Positions 56,462-64,000 of a DNA stretch of 64,000 nucleotides are shown here, piece after piece. Position 1 is the first letter of the stretch. Each line of letters opens with the position of its first letter. Both the position numbers and the translations under genes were made by a program. Source of the stretch: Promethearchaeota archaeon. Lineage in GTDB: Archaea; Asgardarchaeota; Heimdallarchaeia; Hodarchaeales; Hodarchaeaceae. The stretch covers positions 256,001 through 320,000 of the forward strand of contig JBHLMN010000004.1 in the NCBI GenBank assembly GCA_048938105.1, written 5' to 3'. The notes beneath the pieces were generated by a model. It was not told where the DNA came from, did not search any database, and saw only the letters and a program-made list of their open reading frames with translations.

Positions 56462-57889
56462 TCAGATGAAACTTGATAACAAATTCTTGATTTCATTCAA
56501 AGAATTCTTCCATTCTTCTCTTTTTCTTAGATAATCAACATAATGAACAGAAGTACGGGCAAAGTTCTGGAAGTCGGTCCAGAAGAACTGTGAATTCTTA
56601 TTTTCAATCCTTGTTTTAGTATACGCAAACTCCAAAAATTCATTAATTGTACTGATTCTTGTTGAATCAAGTTGATTGTATTCCTTTAGAATAAAATATC
56701 TTAACTCCTTAATTTTCTCTTTAATTCTTTTAATCTCTTCATTATATATTCTTTTCATAAAATCGTATTTATTGTAAAAAGAGCTTATTATCTCATTTGC
56801 TAGTTTATCTTCAAGTAAGTTTACTTCTTCATATAAATTATAAAGAGGTTCCACCTTATTTTTTAATTCTTGATCAGCTTTCTCCCAAAGAATATTCCTT
56901 TTTAATCCGCTAATTACATTTAAGACTCGTTCACCTAAATTATTTTCTCTTTTTCCACAACCAAATATATCTTGATCTAATAATTCAAGACTTCCAACGA
57001 TTCTGCTGTACAATGGACTGTAGATTTTATCTAATAAGTCTTTATTAAGAAAATTGCTCGTAGTTGCTGAGCGAATTGATTTAGTAGTAGTATATTTCAT
57101 CTCATCTTTTATAGCTACTCTAATAAATTCTTTGAATTTAGAGATGAAATTACTTGGATCTTCAAGATTATATTTGATATGATGAATGATTTTAGTGTCG
57201 AAGGGGTTGTCATCTCCAGATTGGCATATCAAAATGACCCTCCTCCCTCTTCCGAAACACATCCCAATTTCGCAAAAGACATTTGGGTTTTTATCAGTCA
57301 TGTCAGCAATTAGAATTCCTGATTCTATAATTGCTTGACAAATATTGCAAAGAGAATTAGGGGCATCAAATTTTTCATCAGCTCTTATACAGGATATATT
57401 CATTTCTTTGAGTGTTTTTTTGACGACAGAATGATAAAAATCAGTCAGATCTTTTTTAAATGGCATCATTACAAAAGCTTTAGAATAATTAGGTCTTATA
57501 TTCAGATAAGGACATGCTTTGAGATTAAGATAACAAATACGTTCATTATAGAAAGCTTCGTCTTTTTTCACATCCACATCATCGAATAAATCAATAATCG
57601 ATTGAATAAATAACTTTACTTCTTCTAATCCATTCTGAAATTGTTTTTCAAACATAGACTTTGACATGCCTTCAAAAGCAAAACTAGGGGAATAAGAGAT
57701 TTTGTTATATTCCTCTATAATAGAGGCATTTTCCCCGAATAAAAATTGTAGCAAGATCTTTGTTTGCCTTTGCCAGTTTAAAAATTCAGGTGAATACGCG
57801 TCCAATCTTTTAAGTGACTCAATCTCTTCTAATTGCGTAATAAATTTCTTTTTTGCCTTTTTTCTATCTAACATTAAAATATCTCTCAT
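56462..57889 (-). CDS. nucleoside deoxyribosyltransferase/TIR-like effector protein
   Basis: AFVMMPF, CIRADE, ICQAI..S.ILIADMT.KNPNVF.EIG, PFD; N-terminal helical domain EF.NW.......L..LFG. Confidence 0.8.
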   Translation of the reverse strand: MRDILMLDRKKAKKKFITQLEEIESLKRLDAYSPEFLNWQRQTKILLQFLFGENASIIEEYNKISYSPSFAFEGMSKSMFEKQFQNGLEEVKLFIQSIIDLFDDVDVKKDEAFYNERICYLNLKACPYLNIRPNYSKAFVMMPFKKDLTDFYHSVVKKTLKEMNISCIRADEKFDAPNSLCNICQAIIESGILIADMTDKNPNVFCEIGMCFGRGRRVILICQSGDDNPFDTKIIHHIKYNLEDPSNFISKFKEFIRVAIKDEMKYTTTKSIRSATTSNFLNKDLLDKIYSPLYSRIVGSLELLDQDIFGCGKRENNLGERVLNVISGLKRNILWEKADQELKNKVEPLYNLYEEVNLLEDKLANEIISSFYNKYDFMKRIYNEEIKRIKEKIKELRYFILKEYNQLDSTRISTINEFLEFAYTKTRIENKNSQFFWTDFQNFARTSVHYVDYLRKREEWKNSLNEIKNLLSSFI

Positions 57890-58323
57890 TTTAATTAGAA
57901 GATCTATCCCTTCTCTATTTATACTTACTATTGGTATGCATTCATTAACTTTTCTTTAATCCTCTAGAAAACCCCCCATTGTCTTCTCATCTAAGCAAGA
58001 AGCTTTTGATAGAATCATGAACTTAGAAAAAAGTGATTTACTTACTGCGAAAGTTGAAACTCTTCACATAAAAGTAGTAGAAAATTAGAAGCTCTAAAAA
58101 AGTTTGAAAAAAAGAAGAGGAGATTATTTCTCTTCTGTTTGAATGATGATAACCTTATTAGGGTCTTTTTGCTTGCTTAACAATAAAGTGATTATTATCT
58201 TCACAATAATTTCAACTCTACTTAGTCACCTCCAATATATATGTGTACGTAAAATTCTTCTATTTCCTATAATATTCTTGGAATAATAGAACAACTTTCA
58301 CATATAATATGATTATAATCATA

Positions 58324-58755
58324 TCAGGTAAAGAGGAGTGGAGGATCACTAGATATAGAATCTTTCTCTTTATAGAAGTAAACAAATATGAATAGTATAG
58401 GAGGAACAAATGTAATAATCAATGTGGTAGGAAGATTAAATATACTATATGTCGATAAAAGAAGGAAAATAATGATTAGTGAATTTTGGACTATGCCTAG
58501 AACTGAAACGATTAAGAGATGAGCTCTTCTTAATTCATTGATAGAATATTTTCTTCCGTTCATGCTTTCTACAAGAAGACCAGAAGCATAAATATAAAAA
58601 GCAGACATCATTGAAGCAATGATTAATAAATTCTGTATAAGGGATTGATCCATATCCTTACGAAATAAAACTATTGAAACATAAAATAAATCAAGGTAGA
58701 TAGTTATTACAATTGACAATAAGAAGCAATGTTTGAGTTTATTTTTGAGATCCAT
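58324..58755 (-). CDS. 4-TM membrane protein
   Basis: 143 aa with four hydrophobic segments; 34 nt downstream of the Cys-rich gene on the same strand. Confidence 0.65.
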   Translation of the reverse strand: MDLKNKLKHCFLLSIVITIYLDLFYVSIVLFRKDMDQSLIQNLLIIASMMSAFYIYASGLLVESMNGRKYSINELRRAHLLIVSVLGIVQNSLIIIFLLLSTYSIFNLPTTLIITFVPPILFIFVYFYKEKDSISSDPPLLFT

Positions 58756-58789
58756 TTATTTAACGTCCATATTTTTAGAATTTTTCCCA

Positions 58790-59116
58790 TTACTTTCGAC
58801 AATTTTGTGGTTCAGGCACTTCCCCTGTCTTCGCACACACAAACCATTGTTCATCGGCTAGTCCTATACTCGTTACCAAATGTAAATGTGGGCATTCAAT
58901 CTCATAGTTCTGTTGATAGATCTGTTCCATCTGGATGGGGGTTCCCTTGATAAAATATGGGCATTTGATAGGGCATCGGGTGAGGTATTCTCTCATCACC
59001 AGACAATAATAAATTGTACGGGATTTCTGCTGGTCTATCACTTGATATTGGCATTCTTTAGGCGTGGATTCCGTGCGTAGTCCTCCTCTGGGATTAGCAT
59101 GGTACCGATTGTTCAT
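58790..59116 (-). CDS. Cys-rich small protein, same family as 1-299
   Basis: C-x15-C-x9-C-x3-C-x22-C-x18-C-x11-C-RK*; overlaps the 3' end of the luxC-like gene. Confidence 0.75.
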   Translation of the reverse strand: MNNRYHANPRGGLRTESTPKECQYQVIDQQKSRTIYYCLVMREYLTRCPIKCPYFIKGTPIQMEQIYQQNYEIECPHLHLVTSIGLADEQWFVCAKTGEVPEPQNCRK

Positions 59117-60554
59117 CCATCACCCACTTGCACATACGTCGGAGTGGTTCTATGGCATCCTGTGGTGTCGCAAAGCTTGCTGTTGCCGCATATCCCAATG
59201 AGACAATCCGTTGCACTCCCGAGCGCACCAAGTCATCACGGATCTGCTGTTTCAATCGTTCAGGGTAGATCCCCACTGTTTGTGTGTACGCATTCACTGA
59301 CTGGACGACCGTCTGTAACTCATCCACGGGTACTAGATTCACTACCCGTCCACATAATTTGGGCGAGAAATCCACAGGTTCATCGATCTGGCTCACGATC
59401 ACTGCTCCTTCGTTGTGTTCGCCTCCTAGCACCTTGTAAAAGTCCTCATCCATCCGTAATCCCTCAATATCCGCTTTCAAATCGAGGTTAAAGTCTTTCG
59501 CAGGAGTGGACAAATGGTGCGGGAGATTCACCAATGAGTAGTACAGATAAGCGCCTAGTTGGTTCAGGTTGGCAATTCCCTTCTTATCAGTCCCTGATTC
59601 TACATATATTACTCGACTATTCACGCACGCTTCTTGGTTAAAACTTCCCACATCGATCGCAGCGCGTTGGGTAGCCGTTCGTAAGGTCTTCTCATTCTCG
59701 AATGCTTCCTTACCAATGATCGAGAGACTCAACTTGGGATCTAATGTGATCAAGTCGATTCCTGGTTGCAGATATTGACTGATATGCTTCACCGAGGCGA
59801 AACCCCCCCATGCTATGATTTTTTCTAGGTACTGGGGTTGGTAGAACGCGCTTTCAAACTCTGTATTCCCTCCTTTGTAATATAGCACTGTCACATGTTT
59901 TGTGATCGGGTGTGTGGGTTCCATCTCAATCATCGTTCGTGCTAGTGCACTTGCTGTGAGTGGATCGTTCGATGGCAATTTGATGATTGTGTCACATCTG
60001 GTGCAACAACTTCTAGCTAGTGTTCCCGCTGCTACTAGTGGTACGTTTCCAGCAATTATATGTGCTGTGCGTGCGCCAAACGCTCTCACTGACACCGTGC
60101 GTCCATCATTTAACGTCATTGGCACCCATTCTTCCAAATACTTGATTCCGATTCGTTTCTCCAACATTTCTCTCAAGAATTCTTTCGACAAGAATGTGGG
60201 TAGTGCCTGATACGTTGTTTGCAACACGCTTTTCGTTAACCCTGATGCCTCACAGTTCAGTAGGAATGCTTCACGTAAATACTCATTCTCTGGGAGTACA
60301 CACCGTTCCCCCAGATCCTCCATAAACGTCAAGATTTCCTCAACACTCAGTTCGTATAAGTCTTTCAAGTGTGACGGGTGTTTCAACACAATTTTCAGCA
60401 AATATTTCTTTGGATCGGGTGTGCAAAATGTTGTTACCCCATGGCGCCCTCCGAATATAAGGGTATAATCATCAATGATCCGCCCTCTCGCTATGATTGG
60501 CACTTCGTATTCCACTAGTTCTATGGTCGTTTTTGGTTCATTCAATACTTCCAT
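59094..60554 (-). CDS. luxC: LuxC-like acyl-CoA/acyl-protein reductase
   Basis: HIIAGNVP, IIKLPSNDP, IIAWGG, DPKLS, NQEACVN (catalytic Cys), TQTVGIYP, GVQRIV. AGGTGAT Shine-Dalgarno favours start 60554 over 60629. Confidence 0.85.
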   Translation of the reverse strand: MEVLNEPKTTIELVEYEVPIIARGRIIDDYTLIFGGRHGVTTFCTPDPKKYLLKIVLKHPSHLKDLYELSVEEILTFMEDLGERCVLPENEYLREAFLLNCEASGLTKSVLQTTYQALPTFLSKEFLREMLEKRIGIKYLEEWVPMTLNDGRTVSVRAFGARTAHIIAGNVPLVAAGTLARSCCTRCDTIIKLPSNDPLTASALARTMIEMEPTHPITKHVTVLYYKGGNTEFESAFYQPQYLEKIIAWGGFASVKHISQYLQPGIDLITLDPKLSLSIIGKEAFENEKTLRTATQRAAIDVGSFNQEACVNSRVIYVESGTDKKGIANLNQLGAYLYYSLVNLPHHLSTPAKDFNLDLKADIEGLRMDEDFYKVLGGEHNEGAVIVSQIDEPVDFSPKLCGRVVNLVPVDELQTVVQSVNAYTQTVGIYPERLKQQIRDDLVRSGVQRIVSLGYAATASFATPQDAIEPLRRMCKWVMDEQSVPC

Positions 60555-60612
60555 TGACTGATCACCTGATAATGAATGCATTATGAAAAAATAGAGGAAA
60601 AGATGAAGGAAT

Positions 60613-62103
60613 CTACGCCTCCTCCTCATCCTCGAGAAGGAAGTCTAGGAGATTATCGTGGGCTTCGTGTACCCCTGCACAACTTATCTTGTCGTCGCCC
60701 CCTTGTTCCTCACTGTACCGAATGATGTTGTTCTCGAGCCACGGCCCTTTCAACCCACACGCGCAATTGTCCCAGTGAATAGTCACTTTGTCGCCCGACA
60801 CGAATCCGCCCCAATAGGTCTCGGTGAGGAGATCATAGAACGCAAAGCGCCCTGTATGTACCCCTTCTCGGGGATAGGCTTCCCCTGTATCGGGATCTAA
60901 CACAAATGGGACGTGGTACGGCAGGATGTGGTAGTGATTGTATTCACACAATGCTGCACCTCCGCCAGAGGTTTCGGTCATGCCATATGCATCACGGATT
61001 TGTTTAAATCCCCAAAATTCACAGGTTTTTTCATACCATCCCTCGGGGTAGACTGCCCCTTTCATTCCTCCGCCTGTGAGGATTGCTGAGGTTGGGGCAA
61101 AGATGTTCTTAATTCCCTTCTCGATTCCTTGGAGGGCGGGCTCCACCAACATATTCCATGTGCCTATGAGGAAGACTTGTCAGCCAGCATACTTTGTGGT
61201 GATTTTGGTAAAAAACTCTTCCATTGCTTTTGGTTGTGCTTTCTTCATCCGAATGAGTTCGCCCTTGTTCCAGGCCATCGCTTTGATCAATTGGAGTTTT
61301 CCGAGTTCCCCTTTTGCCTTCGCCGCTTTTAATCGTCCTGCCAATGAGATGAAATCTGCACTCATGGGGAAGTCAAATGCGGTGACGAAGTCTTCTTCTC
61401 CCCCTGCAATGATGGGGCCTATCTGGGAGCAGACACGCTGTGCCAGTTGCCTGCCTCCTCGAAACACGGGGGCTATGCAGGGCATCTTCGTTTCATGGAA
61501 ATTCACCCCATTTTGCAGTTCCAGCATCATGAAGAACCCGTTAACGTAGTTTGTCATCTCACTCTGGCTTCGGGGGAGGAATGACAGTTTCCCTGACGTT
61601 CCTGACGAATGCACGACCAGTAATTCTGATTGCGCTTCCACCTGGTCTAACCAATCATCTATGCTTTTGGCTTGGATATTGTAACAGTGCGATAAGTCAT
61701 GGGTCGTGAATTTATCTAACCATTTGGTTAACAGGCCATACCGTTTCTTCTCAATCAGACTCAACGGATACGACTTGTATGCCGTGTGCTGGAATAAGAT
61801 TGGTACTACATCGTCTAGTGTCTCAATTTTACTGATATTCTGCTCGTCAGCTAACTTCTCTAGCGCTTTCACGCGTGGTCGGAAGTATTCAAACGCTTGT
61901 TTGACCCATTTTAGTTGTAACGCGGTCAGTGTCTCTCCATCGATCGTGTACAGGTCTCTCGGGACGTTCTTCGATCGATCCACCCATTCCCGTGGGTGGC
62001 CTGCTAGTTTTCCGAATTGTTCTGTTGTTCTTTCGGCTGCTTCTTTTGTTGTGATTTCTGTTTCTATGGTCATTGTTCTTGCTTCCAAGAATTGTTCTTG
62101 CAT
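60613..62103 (-). CDS. luxE: LuxE-like acyl-protein synthetase interrupted by one in-frame TGA (61180-61182)
   Basis: ORFs 61180-62103 and 60613-61152 are in the same frame, joined by TKYAG*QVFLIGTWNMLVE; motifs HTAYKSYP, HSSGTSGKLS, TGGGMKG, YGMTE, VLDPDTG, GRFAFYD, GDKV, DDKISCA. Confidence 0.8.
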
Positions 62104-62200
62104 CTGCTAGCTATTCTTGGCAGCTGTTTTTATACTTGAAATCCCAATCCCTACTGATGAGCCATTAATAATGATGTTATTCATCCTTTTTATATTCATA

Positions 62201-62281
62201 ATCAGGGTATTAAGAAAATGAGAACTTACTTTGAGTATGGTGAAATACCATCCAAGTAGGGCATTTGGATTTAACCCTGAT
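62201..62281. ncRNA. candidate multi-stem (cloverleaf-like) structured RNA
   Basis: ATCAGGGT/ACCCTGAT outer stem enclosing TAAG/CTTA, ATGGT-GAAAT-ACCAT and CCAAGT-AGGGC-ATTTGG hairpins. Confidence 0.4.
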
Positions 62282-62324
62282 CATCTTTTTTCGTATCAAT
62301 AAAAAAATGAGGTAAATGGCTAAC

Positions 62325-62489
62325 TTACCTTTTCCTAAATCGTTCTAACCATTTATCCCAATTAAACTTTTCTCTATCTTTCTTTCTCTGTTCTTCTTCT
62401 TTAGTAATTAAGTTCCAAAAAGCACGCCATGCCTCTTCCATGTAATGCTTTTTCAATTTCTCTACCATCATGATACTTTCATACAACAT
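62325..62489 (-). CDS. 54-aa charged, Trp-rich small protein
   Basis: MLYESIMMVEKLKKHYMEEAWRAFWNLITKEEEQRKKDREKFNWDKWLERFRKR*; below the ORF-track cutoff. Confidence 0.45.
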   Translation of the reverse strand: MLYESIMMVEKLKKHYMEEAWRAFWNLITKEEEQRKKDREKFNWDKWLERFRKR

Positions 62490-62615
62490 AGATACTAATC
62501 CAAAATTTACTATTTTTTTCTTTTTATGGTTTTTTCAATCTCCCCACTAGTGACAATACAAAACTAATTTATAACTTTTAGTTTCTTTTATAACATCCTT
62601 TGTACTATTCAATTT

Positions 62616-63866
62616 TCATTTAAGTTCATTTAAAATTAATTCTTTAGTTATACTCAATGGAATCAGATCAAATATGTAAAATTCATTTATATCAATAATA
62701 TCTTTGGCAATAGCAGGAATAATTCCTGAATTAGACAATTTCGCAAAAAACGGCTTGAGATTTTCATTTTTGTTAAAAAGATAAGCTAGTTCCATTTCAT
62801 AATGGCTTATTTCTTCCAAACGTTTGTATATATCAGTAGTATAGTCAAAAAAATAAAGATCTAATCCTTTTGCATAATCTATTAACATAAGGAGAAATTG
62901 TCTTTGGTCTTCATCTGGTAATTTTGATATTTCTCTAAACAAGGAATGAGAGAGATCCAAGTAATATCCAGGATTCAGTCTTTTTAGCGAATTCTGTTCA
63001 TATATAAACAATGAGGAATTTACTTCTGGGTTTGATCTCAATATTGCTGCTGTTTCGAATATTGCTGAAATGAATTTAACATTCTTATTAATAATAAAAT
63101 CTTTGATTGATTCCGATACATCAACATTCATTAAATCAACAGCAGTACAAATCATACCAAGGTCAGTTTCAGATATTATCTTAATTTCTGTGATTTTAGA
63201 AGTAAAAAAAAACAACAAAGAGGAGATTTCTCTAAAAAAGCTTCTTGAAGGAGAAAAGCTTGTTTGTAGTGATCGACGTCTTATTGCCTCAATGTTTGTT
63301 GTTATTATGAATGGAACTTCCTTTCCTAGTTTAGCAAAATTTAGCAAAATTTCACTATCAGATCTCCCTTCCATTAAATCAAGAATACATATCTTTGAAA
63401 AATCCAATTTGAAAAATCCTTCTAAGGTAATTTTCTTCAATTCTCCACGATGTAGAATCTTTATTTCCACATTATTTAATGTTCTTGTTTTTATTTCCTC
63501 AATAAATCTAATTTTCCCCTTAATTGTAAAAGGAATTCTGTTATTATTGATTACATTTGAAATAAAATTCAAAACATTTTCCAAATTAGATTTGAAGTTT
63601 TCTGGCAAATTTTCAAAGATATCTATAAATAAGTCAATGAATATTCTGTTATTCTCATTTGATTTTAATAACGATCTCCTTCTGACATCTAATTCAATAT
63701 CACTATCAATAAAGTTTAAAAACAACAAAAACCGAACTTTTCCTATTTCTAAGAAGGGGTAGAAGCTTCTAATTAGAACTCCTCTATTGAGAATTGAGTT
63801 AAATGAAAACTCATCAGATTCGAAGCTTTTCATTTCAAGCCTTCTAAATCCTTTATGGAAAATCAT
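62616..63866 (-). CDS. hypothetical protein
   Basis: 416-aa AT-rich ORF; no family recognised. Confidence 0.7.
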   Translation of the reverse strand: MIFHKGFRRLEMKSFESDEFSFNSILNRGVLIRSFYPFLEIGKVRFLLFLNFIDSDIELDVRRRSLLKSNENNRIFIDLFIDIFENLPENFKSNLENVLNFISNVINNNRIPFTIKGKIRFIEEIKTRTLNNVEIKILHRGELKKITLEGFFKLDFSKICILDLMEGRSDSEILLNFAKLGKEVPFIITTNIEAIRRRSLQTSFSPSRSFFREISSLLFFFTSKITEIKIISETDLGMICTAVDLMNVDVSESIKDFIINKNVKFISAIFETAAILRSNPEVNSSLFIYEQNSLKRLNPGYYLDLSHSLFREISKLPDEDQRQFLLMLIDYAKGLDLYFFDYTTDIYKRLEEISHYEMELAYLFNKNENLKPFFAKLSNSGIIPAIAKDIIDINEFYIFDLIPLSITKELILNELK

Positions 63867-64000
63867 TACTTTCCAATAAAATTTAGAAGAAGTTTTTTCT
63901 AAGATACTAAATTCTAATTGTTTATCTGGAGGGATAAAATTAGGTTCTAAATGGTGATCATAAAACCAGGGAAATTTTTCCCTTAATTCTGCTATTGATA

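Noticed and set aside
61180-61182. Genome-wide TGA reassignment
   Set aside because: TGA ends many clearly complete genes here (e.g. 17094, 17136, 27043, 27094), so it is a normal stop.
59094-62103. Bioluminescence (lux) operon
   Set aside because: No luxA/luxB luciferase or luxD in the window; luxC/luxE-like pairs alone do not imply light production.
62201-62281. Bona fide tRNA gene
   Set aside because: No GTTCRA T-loop, no D-loop GG, and a 5-nt loop where a 7-nt anticodon loop is needed.
63070-63762. 230-aa plus-strand ORF
   Set aside because: It lies fully antisense to the longer 62616-63866 ORF and has the Ile/Ser/Phe/Lys-rich composition typical of a shadow frame.
40860-64000. Integrated provirus or transposon
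   Set aside because: No integrase, transposase, capsid, terminase or replication gene recognised, and no att or TIR pair bounding the region within this window.

Overview
AT-rich archaeal chromosomal DNA. An Arf/Sar1-like GTPase fused to a longin-like domain, a Rab-like GTPase, a tandem longin-like protein and several surface proteins with Thr-rich linkers and CTERM-type anchors point to an Asgard archaeon, probably Heimdallarchaeia (inference). There are three zones. (1) About 1-5.7 kb is a decayed accessory patch of orphans and gene fragments. (2) About 5.8-40.5 kb is mostly housekeeping and surface genes: gingipain-like C25 protease, arylsulfotransferase, QueG-like Fe-S protein, Lrp plus aminotransferase, GNAT, flavin reductase, methyltransferase, a 7TM-Rab-tandem winged-helix trio, DUF3160 plus regulator, a giant circularly permuted double family-5 solute-binding protein, two SDRs and a radical SAM/SPASM enzyme. 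(3) About 40.8-64 kb is a defence/conflict island (PLD nuclease, ABC-ATPase+PIN, wHTH+BrxD-like ATPase, two PD-(D/E)XK nucleases, HEPN, STAND-TPR, NDT/TIR-like effector), followed by a GC-richer luxE/luxC-like acyl-reductase operon whose luxE-like gene has one in-frame TGA. Features the ORF track misses: a ~40-aa basic SMP/LEA-like microprotein cassette (structured leader, ORF, hairpin terminator) present as two intact copies and one remnant; a Cys-rich protein family present three times; a heptad-repeat basic peptide beside the radical SAM gene; a 21-bp-phased operator array; and a cloverleaf-like RNA candidate upstream of the lux-like operon. I saw no rRNA, tRNA, CRISPR array, integrase or transposase. 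All family calls come from motif recognition by eye, with no database searches.
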